Shown here: piece after piece, positions 41,480-54,402 of the stretch | Layout: every line of letters starts with the position of its first letter | How positions within the stretch are numbered: the first letter of the stretch is position 1 | Origin: Octopus sinensis | Taxonomy: Eukaryota | NCBI RefSeq assembly: GCF_006345805.1 | Contig: NC_043014.1 | Location: forward strand, 19,468,001-19,532,000 | Direction: 5' to 3' | DNA: 64,000 nt | Made by a program: the position numbers and the translations under genes | Notes under the pieces: model-generated | What the model was told of the DNA's origin: nothing | Seen by the model: only the letters and a program-made list of their open reading frames with translations | The model's database searches: none

Positions 41480-42572
41480 ATGATTTGTGGCGATCTTGAT
41501 TACGATCATGTTGACAATATAAATTTGAAGCAAATGTAAATGAGAGAAAATACTGACGGGTCAGAACGAGGGTGAGAGAGAGAGAGAGAGCGGTGGGGAG
41601 AGAGAGAGAGAGATAATTGATAACCAGAAAGAGAGAGATAAGAGAGAGAGAAAGAAAGAGAGTCAATATATACATATGCGTGAGCGTGCATATGATATGT
41701 GTGTATGTGTGTATGTGTGTAGTGTGGTGTGGTGTGTGTGTGTGCACACGCGCGTGTGTCTATGATGTTATGGAAGGAGAAGATAATTGGTTTTGTCTCT
41801 CTAGAAGCTTGAGACACAAACAATTTTCAAAATTAATTTTCTATTTTTCTCCGTTTTGTTTTAAAAAGATATTTCAATTTTTTAAAATGACTTGTAACGA
41901 ATAATGCTATTATAGTATTATTAATGAATATTGAAAATGAAAATGGCGGACACGAAATTATTCATATTTATTTAATAATTCTCATTCACTCTCAATCTTT
42001 ATTCATATACACATATATATAAATATGTATGTATATTTCTCTCTCTCCCTCCTCTCTCTCTCAACATATATATATATATATATATATATTAATATATATA
42101 TATATTATATATATATATATTATATATATATATATATACATATGTATGTATATATATTTATATCTATATTTATATATGTATACATATAGGTGTGTGTATG
42201 TGTATGACAGGGAGAGATAGAAGAGTGTGTGCGTGAATATTTTTTTCTTTCTATAATGATTATAATAATTATACGATTTGACAGGCAGCGGATATAATTT
42301 TGAGCGTAGTATAATGACTCTTGCAGAACACGCACACATGCGCACAGGTACGCACACACACACACATACATACACTCTGCCCATACGAACATACACACAA
42401 AACACTGACATACACGTGTCTAAGTGTGTATGAGCGTTGGTACAATTGAAGAACGGTGCGTGGTACAGTGGTGGAAATGCATGTGTATGAATTACATATG
42501 AATATGATTATATGATTTCATATTCTAACGCTTTTGTGTCACTATTTTCCCGCTCGAACGAAATATATATAT

Positions 42573-42626
<54 letters not shown>

Positions 42627-42737
42627 GCACTCTCCAATTTATAGATACATAAATATATATATATATATTTATGCATATATATACACACACACATATATAT
42701 ATGTATATGAATACCCATACATATATATGCATATATA

Positions 42738-42815
42738 CGATGGGCTTCTTTAAGTTTCCGTCTACCAATCCACTCACAAATCTTCGGTCGGTCCGAAGGT
42801 ATAGTAGTGGTACTT
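42738..42815 (-). mobile_element. SINE family A fragment
   Basis: acgatgggcttctttaagtttccgtctaccaatccactcac. Confidence 0.65.
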
Positions 42816-42823
42816 CACCAGAA

Positions 42824-42880
<57 letters not shown>

Positions 42881-42884
42881 ATAT

Positions 42885-43202
42885 AGTTTCAACAATTGAG
42901 GGTAAAATTAATTAATTAATCAATTTCACAAGTATTCAGTATGCAAAGGGACCATTTAAGGCGAATTCAAATTATTACATTATATAAAAGGGCTTAGTAA
43001 AATAAATTACTTTGCCGCAAACTGAACTCATTAGAATAGCAGCTAAAAAAAACTTTTTTAAAACTATTTCTAATACTTAAAGAAAACCTCTCTCATATAG
43101 TGTTTAAGTTCTTTAAGTATTAGAAATAGTTTTAAAAAAGTTTTTTTAGCTGCTATTTCTAATGAGTTCAGTATGCGGCAAAGTAATTTATTTTACTAAG
43201 CC

Positions 43203-43210
<8 letters not shown>
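42885..43210 (-). mobile_element. Fold-back element (same family as 60026-60470 and 61408-61840)
   Basis: Arms 42981-43084 and 43109-43210 are inverted; tail 42885-42980; (TA)n on both sides. Confidence 0.88.
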
Positions 43211-43255
<45 letters not shown>

Positions 43256-43375
43256 ATACATACACACACAAACACAAATGTGTATGTGTGAGTGTGGTTA
43301 TATGTATCAGTCTTTCTTTTCTGTAGATAAGCAAATAGAATGAAAGACTTACGAGTTTGACCTGAGAAAGAGAGT

Positions 43376-43415
<40 letters not shown>

Positions 43416-43855
43416 AGAGAGTAAAAAGGTATCATATACTAGTAGAGGAGGCGAATAAGAATAGCAAATGTGAATGTTGTGTAAATTCATTAGTGATAAA
43501 AGTATCGGCTTTGATTTAGGAATAAAAATACTTACAAGTATTACAATACTTACAAGAATTACAAAATTTTACGTGGTACAATAGACTTGTAAGGAATTTT
43601 CTATTAGCAATTCTTCACATGTGAAACTCCGTAACTCCCCATTGACTAATGAAGCTCGTTTAATTGTGAATAAATAATTCTAAGAAATTTCCGGTTTACT
43701 GTTTTGTTATACATAACTCTGCAAATAATATCTCCATAATTCTCAATTATAATTTCTATTTTGACTAATTTAGACTACATTTTGGATTGTAATAATGGAA
43801 TAAGCAGATGTGCTTCAAGAAGAAACAGCAGGGATTTGCCAAGAACACACACACG

Positions 43856-43890
<35 letters not shown>

Positions 43891-43965
43891 TATATAAGTA
43901 TATATATATATGTATATATGTATATATATATATATATATTATATATATATATATATATTATATAT

Positions 43966-43998
<33 letters not shown>

Positions 43999-45490
43999 TA
44001 GATAGATATATAGATAGATAGATAATTTATACATTACCAATATATTTCTATAGTATGCTGACTCCTGATAAAAGTCATTCACGTGATTCTATCTTTTATA
44101 TATATATATATCTTCAAAGGTTTTTCATATAAGAGTGACAGAGGTAGTTGAGCTTAACTGTTGGCGTCAAGAACCGTTCATGAGGATTAAGATGATCTAC
44201 ATCAATGTGCGAAATCGCGATCCGGCTATGCACGCTGGGGACTTACCAGTCTTTGCTTAGTCACTTGAGACAGTGCGTTTGGGAATTTAAGTTAATTTAA
44301 CTCATATCTTTAGCAAAAGCGGTGCTAGGCAGTACCCTCTGTCACTTTTGTGACCTCTATTAATGTTGCCTCTAAGTTCTAATTGCTAATAAGCCACCCT
44401 TTACTCGACATATTTGAACAGGTGATGCATGCCCGTTATGTAACATACAGCAGCCTTAAAAGTCAGTTCCTACTAATAAGGGGGAGACTCATTTTGAGAT
44501 AAAATTTGATAGGTAATATATATCGGTAAAATGAGAGACTGAACCAGCAGGGATTGTTACAAAGGAAACAATAACAACAATTATTACATCAACTATAAAA
44601 AGCAAAAATGAAAACAAAATCTACAATGACAGCAATATAAGTTTAGTTGTTTTGCCATAACGTTCCGACAAAAGTGGTTGATTAGAGTATGTGCTAGACT
44701 TCTAAGCCCTAAGCCCTATGAGGGGAAAAAAGTCAAATGTTAAAAGAATGGGAGAATTCAGTAAAGTTAAATTTACATCACATCATGGAATAACACTCTT
44801 TTGTTTTCAACCACATACTTAAACACGTGTCAAAACGACAGCGCTGTGCAAGATATTAGAGAAGAATGAATGTCAACGTAATAATAGTTCAGGTAGAATA
44901 GCCGCGAGCGCACTCGCTGAACGCATAGGTCTGGCTAAAAAGAACGGGAGCTTGATTGTTTTCATTGAATGTCCAGCTAATTACTGGACAGAGAAAGAAA
45001 AGGTCAAGTTGTTTGTTATTTGTTAAAATCAGAAAGTGTACACAATACTTGGCAATCAAATCACACACAGACGCAAATAACAAAACACACCTCACATACA
45101 AACACTATATGTCTCTCTCCTCTCTCTCTCTCTCTCTGTATATATATATATATATATATACACATTCAAACAAGCATATATATATATATACATACAAGTA
45201 TGTACATACTTACATACATACATGCACTCATGCACACATGTAAAGCTAGTAAACCTTAACGAACAAAGTATAATTCTTACAGAAAAGAAAATTAAAGGAC
45301 AAAAATATGGAACAGTTAAATGTACCTTCTGAAACTAACTTTTTGTAGCCTCCATGATATGGAAGCTCGTATGTATGGTTCGGGATATTTTAAAATGAGA
45401 CAATTATGAAATGTCCTCACATTGCGATAGTTTCTTGAATTCGAACGAATAATACACATACGCGTATACCTAAACATAACTCATACGTAC

Positions 45491-45568
<78 letters not shown>

Positions 45569-45659
45569 ATATATATATATATGTATGTATGTATGTGTGT
45601 ATGTATGTATGTATGTATGTATTTATGTGTGTGTGTGGGCTGTGTATATTTGAATGTGA

Positions 45660-45800
45660 ACCTCTAGCTTCGACTTCCGACTACCATATCCATACACAAG
45701 GCTTTCGTTAGTCCGTTGCTATTACAGAAGACTCTTGCTCAAGGTGCCAAGAATCCACGCAGAGGAACTGAATCCGAGAACATGTGCTGGGAAGCAGTCC
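45660..45800 (-). mobile_element. SINE family A head, diverged
   Basis: cacaaggctttcg..cttgctcaaggtgcc..gaactgaatccgagaacatgtg. Confidence 0.55.
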
Positions 45801-45978
45801 CCGTAGAGCAAATCCATACCCTATACAAACACGTAGAGAGAGTGAGAGACAGAAATGTATGTATGTGTGTATATATATATATGTATACATCTATTTATCT
45901 ATATACATGTGTGTGTGTGTGTGCGTGCGCGCGTGTGTCTGTGTGTGTGTGTGTACATACATGTGTACATACATACAT

Positions 45979-46790
45979 AAAACGAAAACCAGGTAGCAGA
46001 GGCTTAACATCGATCCAAAATGCCTTTGAATGTCGCATCATAACCCTTCGGCAACATCTTTTAACCACTAAGTGTCGAAGTGCATCCTTTGAAGTTTGCA
46101 CACATGAGTTTGATAACACCATAAGACTTGAAAGGCAGTACCTTGAGCAACACTCTTTGTCTGATAACCTAGAATATGTGCCCAAAGAAGTCGCACAACT
46201 CTACCGCATCGTACCATCAAATGAAGGAATGATTCTATACGAGCAGAAGACTACACATGAATATGTTAGTAGAAAGCTCCGTGATGATGGTAACATCGAG
46301 CATCAAAGCAGTTTATCATGGACCAATAGCCAGATTACTACCTCTCATTCTGAATGGTATGCGTTTGCAATCCAGGAAAAGGAAATATCAATGAAGTTCC
46401 TGATGCACAAAAGAGATAGGAAAAGCAGTAAAATGTGACAATCGATGCAGACTTTGTGCAGATGATACTGAAGATATCACTCACATCATAAGCTGTTGTC
46501 CAAAAATCTGCTGCTATTATATCCAGATTACAAGTTCAGGCTTATACCTTTAATTATTGTGGCCTTGAGATACGTAACACACTGCCGAAATACCAATCTT
46601 GAGAAACTAGGCTTCTCAAAACCAGAAAGAAGAAAGTTAATTCGAAGACTACGGATCCCATCCCTCAATGGAACTGTAAAAATCTGAAGACCTTTCCAGG
46701 AGTTTATCATTTAAATATATAAGTGCATGTCTAGATATGCAACTATATGAATGAGAATACATATATAAAACATACAAATCTGCACGTACA
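45979..46790 (+). pseudogene. R4/Dong-clade non-LTR retrotransposon 3' fragment with an internal deletion
   Basis: KRKPGSRGL (RT-end GGRGL-like motif)..AFAIQEKEISMKFL; after a +1 shift, CDNRCRLCADDTEDITHIISCC (C-x2-C-x8-H-x4-C knuckle, from 46446); then LLYPDYKFRLIPLIIVALRYV..NLEKLGF..LIRRLRI..GTVKI, the C-terminus of restriction-like endonuclease elements. Clade assigned from motif recall. Confidence 0.8.
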
Positions 46791-47099
46791 TACATGCATA
46801 CATACATGCATACATACATACATTCATACTTACATGCATATATACATACATACATGCATACATACATACATACATACATACATACATACATACATACATA
46901 CATACATACATACATACATACATACATACATACATGCATGCATATATACATACATATATACATACAATAATATTCTCTTGTTGATGTTGAAATTGCAATG
47001 AAGGAGCCTTCTATTTAGGTTAGAAACCACTTCTTTGTCAATTGGCAAGAATTTTATCTAAATTATTCCTAATTTTAGATATGTATAAACTTGATATGT

Positions 47100-47400
47100 A
47101 TGTACTTGACCAACGATGAACGAAGATGGATCATCAAACAATACTGGAAAAAGAGAATGCAAAAATGGCTTGAAAGAAATGGACTGAAGATGTTGAAAGA
47201 CCAGCTCCGTTAAGATTAACAGTGAATAGAATACATGAATATTTTGAGCTGACTGGGTCCATCTGCAATGCACAGAAAATTAGTCGGACAGTCAGTGTTA
47301 CCACTAAAGGAAATGAAATGCTTGTGGCTCAAGTATTCACTCAAAGTTCTAAGAAATAAAAACAAAAAGTGGGTTTTCACTGAACTGGGCAACTCATGCA
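47100..47400 (+). pseudogene. Tc1/mariner-superfamily transposase N-terminal HTH (DUF4817-like) fragment
   Basis: MYLTNDERRWIIKQYWK/ENAK..KKWTE..PAPLRLTVNRIHEYFELTGSICNAQKISR..SVTTKGNEMLVAQVFTQS, with a frameshift and stops. Confidence 0.78.
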
Positions 47401-47489
47401 AACCCCTTAATCGACTAATGAATCGCTTAGATTAAAAACTAAATAGAGAAATGAAAGTGGATTTCACACATACGACATACACACACACA

Positions 47490-47524
<35 letters not shown>

Positions 47525-47689
47525 CACACACACATATGTAGAGAGAGGGGGACAGAGATAGAAAGAGAGTGAGTGTGAGGCATTGTACATTCAAAGTGTG
47601 TTAAAGAATAGATATCGAATAAACGGAAACACACAAGTTCTAATCAGTAGAAAATACAGATTGGGAACATAGTTTCTATTTACTACTCA

Positions 47690-48276
47690 TTACATGTTGA
47701 CTGTGACGAATGCAAGTCGCATAATTTTGTAGGTGCCAATACGGCTCTTAGTTTCATGGAAGCCATCTGAACCGAAAGATAATGTAATCATCTTCAGCAG
47801 AAATGAGCACAACGTTCTATTAATAGGAATGTTGAACGAGTAATTATGTATATACATATGTCCATACATATAGTTACATACACATACACACACATACACA
47901 TTTATATATATATACACATACATACATACATTCATACATATGTACACATATTCACATATGTATACACATATATTTGTGTAAATATATAGATTTATATAGT
48001 TATATATTAGGATATAAATATATATATATGTATATATAATACACAAACACCCGCGTCTGTATGAGTGTGTGGGTGTCTGGGTGTATGTCTGTGCACGCGT
48101 GTACACAGACATACATTAGTAGGATTGTTTAACAATCCTATTAATAGCAATTTGTGTTCATTGCAGCTCAAGAATATTTCATTATCTTTATGTAAAGATG
48201 GCTTCCGCCAGAATAGAAGCCATATTGGTACCTACGAAGTTATGCAACACGCATCTGTCACAGTTAACAGGTAATA
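47690..48276. repeat. Old inverted repeat (about 145-bp arms) around a microsatellite
   Basis: The reverse complement of 47690-47835 aligns without gaps to about 48130-48276 at roughly 70% identity (visual estimate). Confidence 0.75.
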
Positions 48277-48559
48277 ACTGGTAAATAGAAGATATATTCA
48301 AACTCTGTATTTTGCACAGTATATAGCTGTTTCAGTTTATTCTAGATTTCATCTTACATATTCTTTGGCGTATTAATGTGTATGAAGTGCCACTTCTGAG
48401 TGAAAAGCGATTCTACGAAAGAATGTTACTCAGCTTGATCGCCACAACAGCCTCAGAGTTCACCATTTCCCTCTTCTAGCAAGAGCAATAACAACAACAA
48501 CAATAATAATAATAATGTTTTCAAATTATCTTTTGCGTAAGGCCAGCAAGTTTGGGAAG

Positions 48560-48716
48560 GATAGTAATGTATTAAATCCACCCCAGTACTCAGTTGTTAA
48601 TTATTTTACAGAACCCGGAAGTATGAAAAGCAGAGTAGTCCTCAGCGGAATTTACGCTCAGAACGTAAAGACTTACGAAATATCGCGAAGCAATTTGTCC
48701 AGCTCACCCACTAATA
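48560..48716 (-). mobile_element. SINE family B, diverged
   Basis: gtatgaaaagcagagtagtcctcagcggaatttacgctcagaacgtaaagac..gaaatatcgcgaagc. Confidence 0.6.
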
Positions 48717-48825
48717 ACAAAAGTAATAATGATAACAACAGCAACAACAACATCAACATCACTAATAATAATAATCATAATAATAAAAATAACGATAATG
48801 ATTAATAAAAATTATAATAACAATT

Positions 48826-49420
48826 GATGCCCTGATGCAGTACCAGTTAGTGGTTCTTACTGCATTTGATGTTGTGATTGGAAGTGTTATGTACATTGTT
48901 TTGTCTTCATATAAAAGATTGGCTACAACAAATATTCTGCACTATACCACACATATGCTTTTCAGTTGTTTGACCATAATCAGTCGAACATATGCCTTAG
49001 TGGATGAGAATATGTGCAGCTCTGATTATGAGCAGAAGTAGTGGAGAGGGTGGCATCATAGCCATATGTTAAGAGTTCTTTGGGATTCCAATAATTCACC
49101 TCTGGAGGCGTGGGTGTTTTGTTCATCATCCTTAAAACAAACCTTATTTAGGAACTTTTTGAGTGCGATTGGCTACTCGACCTGAAAAAATTCTAATTGG
49201 GCCCCACCTGCAAGGTCATGCGTTGTTTATCTTGATATGAAATCACCATGTCGCGCACATATAGTTGTAATGCATAAGGCTGATATACCCTTATCAGACA
49301 GGTAGTCATGACGAGTATAATGGTCTTGATATATTTGTACTCATGTGTCACTTTGATGGCATGCGCTCCTCGCTCACTCGATAATAATAATAACAATAAC
49401 AATAACTACAACAGCAATAA
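48826..49420 (+). mobile_element. Second copy of the (AAT)n-flanked retroposon 3' region
   Basis: Homologous to 40448-40968; ends ctcactcg ataataat. Confidence 0.75.
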
Positions 49421-49704
49421 TAATAATATTTTTAACCCTCTACATTAAGAAATATCCCGGCTATGGAAAATGAATAAGGTGGATAGAGTGCCAGTTATTG
49501 TGGTATAAGAAGGCAGCAGAACATAAAGGAAATTAGATTAGTGTGCTTTGTAGAGTTGTTGCAAAAGGTTTGCCTCCTAGGCACGGTCAGAATGATCAGG
49601 GAAGCTTTGAATAGTTAAAAAGAACAGACAGCATGATACCGTTGGCTGCAAGTAGGAAGCCCACTACGGATATTAGTCTCGGGGAGTTGCAACAAAATCT
49701 GAGT

Positions 49705-49707
49705 TAA

Positions 49708-49783
<76 letters not shown>

Positions 49784-49863
49784 TAATAATAATAGCAATA
49801 ATAAAAATAATAATAATAATAATAATAATAATGATGATGATGATGACGACGACGACGACGACG

Positions 49864-49895
<32 letters not shown>

Positions 49896-49930
49896 GATAA
49901 TGATAATAATAATAATAATAATAATAATAA
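49705..49930. repeat. Compound (AAT)/(GAT)/(GAC) microsatellite
   Basis: Direct reading. Confidence 0.95.
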
Positions 49931-50139
49931 GCTACTTATAATAAAAAAATGTATTCATAATGATTTAAATGGAATTTTAGTACATAACTAGGTTATATTT
50001 CGTCAGCTCAAGAAGGGAAGTATATAACACCAAAGCCATGTAAAACCAAATTCTCAAAGCTACAATATTTTCTCTTCTTAGGTCTAACGACTCTGATATC
50101 GATACCCATTTTAAGATTAAAAAACAAATTCTTTTCGAT

Positions 50140-50260
50140 TTTGGCACAATTTTGGGGGTAAAGTTTTGTCGATTGCATCAGCCCGAGTTCTTGATTTGAA
50201 TTTATTTTATCGACCCCGAAAGAATAAAAGTCAAACTCGACTGCGGCAGAATTTTAATTT
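50140..50260 (-). mobile_element. SINE family B 3' part, diverged
   Basis: ttattttatcgaccccgaaagaataaaagtcaaactcgactgcggcagaattt. Confidence 0.5.
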
Positions 50261-50699
50261 GGTCAGATGCTAATCATTATAATATAATGAGATTTTTCAA
50301 CATAGACCCCAATATGTCATAAGAGTGAGAAACAAAGACTTGTTTATATTAACTGCAACATTTCAACGGCGCAAAATATAAATAAATCGGCTAATAACAA
50401 GTAACTTATACTACAGTTCTCTCTGTTTGCTTCTTAGCGTTTCTCCTCCTCCTCTATTTACTCCATTACAATTATTACAACCATCAACAACACCACCATT
50501 GCCGATACCAGTACCATTATCGCCATCATCATTTCCTTCTCCTAATCCTTCTTTTTCTTCTACTAATTATGATGGTTATTTCGTTCGAGACTTACATTGA
50601 TAGTTTTCAAGTTTATATCAATAAGTGTTAAGTGTGAACATTTCGCTCATTATATGCTACTATGTTGAAGGTGGTGAAGCAAAAGTAAGAAGATTAAGG

Positions 50700-50882
50700 A
50701 GAGAAGAAGAAGAAGAAGAGAAGAAGAAGAAGGGAGGGGAAGCGGGTGGAGGAGGAGTTTAGAGGGGAGGGGGTGCTGGTGGTGGAGGAGAATAAGGGGC
50801 GGAGGCGGAGGGTGGAGCGGCGTAGGAGGGTGAGGAGGAGGAGGATAGGGGGAGGAGGGGAGGCGGAGGAGGAGGCTAGGAG
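50700..50882 (+). repeat. Polypurine GAA/GGA low-complexity tract
   Basis: Almost pure G/A with several G3-G5 runs. Confidence 0.85.
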
Positions 50883-51045
50883 ATGAAGCAGAGGTGTTTC
50901 TCTTTCGCGAATTTCATTATCTGAGCCATTTTTACTTATGCGCCTTCGCTGAACACGTTATACTTTAATTGCGAAAGATAATTAGAGAGAAATAAAAAGT
51001 AGGAAGAAATAAAAACAGAAAAGTTTTACACACACACACACACAC

Positions 51046-51092
<47 letters not shown>

Positions 51093-51155
51093 ACAAAATA
51101 ATAAATAAAACATATGCATGTATACATACATATATGTACGTACCTACATCTATAC

Positions 51156-51357
51156 GTATATATACATGCATATATGGGTACAGGACACAAAAAAAAGACG
51201 TCGAACACAAAAACAAGGAAATCGACATTTTTCTTAAACAACGAAAAAATAGAGTACAACACAAGAAAAATACCCCTTCTTCAGCCGCCTCTGTTTCATC
51301 TACTCCGCGTGTTTGCTTTTTTTGGTGTCCTGTACCCATATATGCATGTATATATAC
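51156..51357. repeat. 33-bp inverted repeats enclosing about 135 bp (MITE-like or fold-back)
   Basis: gtatatatacatgcatatatgggtacaggacac (51156-88) and its reverse complement (51325-57). Confidence 0.75.
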
Positions 51358-51502
51358 TGTCTAAGAACGTCTACTTCGTACTCTCTCCCTATACTGACTG
51401 TTGTCGCCTTATTTATAGCGACTACCATATACCACTCGTCACGTGCGAGGGGTGTATTACTACTTTATATACGTGTGCATGTATATATATATATATATAT
51501 AT

Positions 51503-51645
<143 letters not shown>

Positions 51646-51837
51646 AATGGGTGTTCATCGGAACGTGCGAAACTCGTAAACAAGAAGTACCTTGAGTTTA
51701 AGTCAAACTGATTCTTAATACTTCCAGATGCAACAAATAGTCTTGAACAATTACTTTCATTTGTTTATTTGCTTCTGTCTACCTGTCTTTGTCTCTGTCT
51801 CTGTCGCCCCTTTATCTTGTGTATGCATGTATGTATG

Positions 51838-51869
<32 letters not shown>

Positions 51870-51953
51870 GTGTATATGTGTGTGTGTGTATGTATACGTT
51901 TATGAATTTGTTTTGCAAGTTTCCTAATGTGTGTTGTAACAGATGTTATTAAA

Positions 51954-52566
51954 TGGAAAAATGCGAGTAAGAGAAATAATATTCTTAAGATTATAAACAT
52001 GGAAAAGCACAGGACAAGTTGGAGAAGTTCGGGACAACGTATTACATTTGAAAAAGTACAGAACAAGAAAAGTTTTACTTAAAATATTGCAGCTAAGGGT
52101 AAAATTTCAAATTAAATATTTGGATTTAGAAAATATCAGCTTTTATTAAAGCTAAAAATTTTATTACAAGTTATTACTTCTATTTGTTACTTCTACTTGT
52201 TACTTCTATTAAAAATTAAAAAAATATTTTAGCACTTTAAAAAGTTTCATTTTTTCTAATTATTAATTAATAATTAGAAATTTGAAAATAGGTTATATAA
52301 AATATTAGTAGTACATAATTAGTTAGTACAATAAATAGAATAATACAAAAATGAGTTATATATTACAGTAAAATCTACGTAAAACACAAATTCACTGTAA
52401 AACTTGCTTGGATTATTGTCTACGTTATTGCCAAGTCTTCACATTTTTAGTCTTGACCCAATGCCTATTTTTTACATAATGAATTTGTCTACCATATATA
52501 CTATTCTATTTTGCACAAAACTTTAGCATTAATTTTCAAGCGATGTTGGGGGTACAAATACAGACA

Positions 52567-52597
<31 letters not shown>

Positions 52598-52621
52598 CAC
52601 ACACTCACACATGCATATATA

Positions 52622-52652
<31 letters not shown>

Positions 52653-52995
52653 CGACGGGCTTCTTTCAGTTTCCACCTCCCGAATCCACTCACGAGGCTT
52701 TGGTCGGCCCGAGGCTATAGTAGAAGACACTTGCCCGAAATGCCACGCAGTGGGACTGAACCCGGAACCATGTGGCTGGTAAGCAAGCTACTTACCACAC
52801 AGCAATTCCTACGCCTATGTAAATTAAAATCAAATTATTTTTAATATTGAAATTTTATCCTTAGCTGCAATATCTTAAGGAAAAAATTTCTTGTTCTGTA
52901 CATTCCCAGATGTAATAAATTTTCCCTAAACTTGTCCTGTACCTTTCCAGGTTTATAATTTTAAGAATATCATTTCTCTTGCTCGCATTTTTCCA
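51954..52995. mobile_element. Old long-TIR (fold-back) element containing a SINE
   Basis: 51954-52116 and 52841-52995 are inverted at about 80% identity (visual estimate). The interior is AT-rich and holds a family A SINE head. Confidence 0.65.
52651..52816 (-). mobile_element. SINE family A head
   Basis: High similarity to 8541-8703. Confidence 0.88.
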
Positions 52996-53699
52996 CGTAA
53001 TCCATTTTTTCCCGGGCTATGCTATTATGCTCATTAATAATGTGTCAATTCATAATTTAAGATTTTTACCTTACTGAAAATTGAATAATAATATCAATAA
53101 ATTTCTAAATAATATTTGGATCTTTTTCCTTTTTTTTATTGAATTATTATTATGATTGAATTAAAATAAAAAGTTTTAATCTATAAATTAAAAATACGAT
53201 TAGTAATTCCTCGATTTATGCTCTATCATTTAAGCTTAATTAAAGTATAGTTTGTTTTTAAAATTAAAAACGTTAATTATAGTTAAATCTAATTTTTTGC
53301 CTTATTGAGAAATTCCTGTAAATGCTACGATTCTGTTTCTCGTCTCAGATATTACGGGACTGTGTTTACATGATATAATTGCATTAATTAGTACAGATGA
53401 CGTAATTAAACTAATTGCAAATTACCACCAATGACACCGGTGACATATATTAAAAGTCCCCTTAGAGAACTATATTCTTAAAAATGTATAGAACTTTATC
53501 ATCACCCTCAAATTGTAAAAAAAAATCACTCTTAAGATTTTTTTTTTTAAAACTTAATTTCATGATTGATACCTTGAAATTCCTCGAAATGGAGTCTATC
53601 ATTGAAGCTAAATTAAAATATAGCTTGCTAATTTTAATTAAATCCAATATTTTGCTTTAGTTATATATTTTCTTTCATGATATTTTACCTTACATCTCT

Positions 53700-54088
53700 T
53701 TTGATACAATTTTTTTGTTGCATGAGACCAAAACTATGAAATTACTCATGCTTTCGTCAATCATTGAAGCCAAGAAAAAGTAATCAGTCTACCGATCAGA
53801 GTTGTCGGTTGAGGTCGTTTGGTGCGTCTTTGTTTGCAGCGCTCCTCTGTTTGTCGACTTCTCCGATGGCTGAAGCAAAGGGACAGTGTGCTTCTATCAA
53901 ATTCTACGACGGAAGTGTTAAAAAGCATCACATCGCAAGAGTTTTTACGACTGCTCGACCAGTGCAAAATGCATCTGGAGCGATGAATGTTTTTTCCCAT
54001 GGAGAATACTTTGAAGACAATTCAAATTGTAAACGTAAAAGTAAGTGAATAAAATTATATTGCAAAATTCCGGTTTCTTTGTGTAATC

Positions 54089-54091
<3 letters not shown>
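53700..54091 (+). mobile_element. Internally deleted mariner element
   Basis: An N-terminal-like MAEAKGQCASIKF is joined to a C-terminal-like QEFLRLLDQCKMHLER..SHGEYFEDN (spanning a frameshift). The right end ttccggtttctttgtgtaatcctc is followed by ATA/TA repeats. The left TIR was not found. Confidence 0.6.
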
Positions 54092-54160
<69 letters not shown>

Positions 54161-54169
54161 ATATGCATA

Positions 54170-54402
54170 TTTCACGTTGCTCCAGTTCAATCGTCTGTAG
54201 AAGTGAGTTGCGACGTCACAGGTGCCAAGCTGTATCGGCATTTGCCTTTCCCTTGGATAACACTGGTGGCGTGGAGTGGGGAGGCCGGTATGTATGGGTG
54301 ACTGCTGGTCTTCCATAAACAACCTTGCCCGGACTTGTGCCTGGGAGGGTAACTTTCTAGGTGCAATCCCATGGTCAGTGTCGTGACCGAATGGGGTCTC
54401 AG
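54170..54402 (+). mobile_element. SINE family E body/tail, 5'-truncated
   Basis: GC-rich tttcacgttgctccagttca..gcaatcccatggtc..gaccgaatggggtc. The link to the head at 40085 is from recall of the family, not shown in this window. Confidence 0.55.

Noticed and set aside
44140-44160. let-7-like GAGGTAGT
   Set aside because: Only the seed-like 8-mer matches; the rest of the mature sequence and the hairpin are absent.
45716-45978. N-terminal part of the 240-aa ORF
   Set aside because: It is read-through of a SINE head and microsatellite; only the part from about 45979 resembles a retrotransposon protein.
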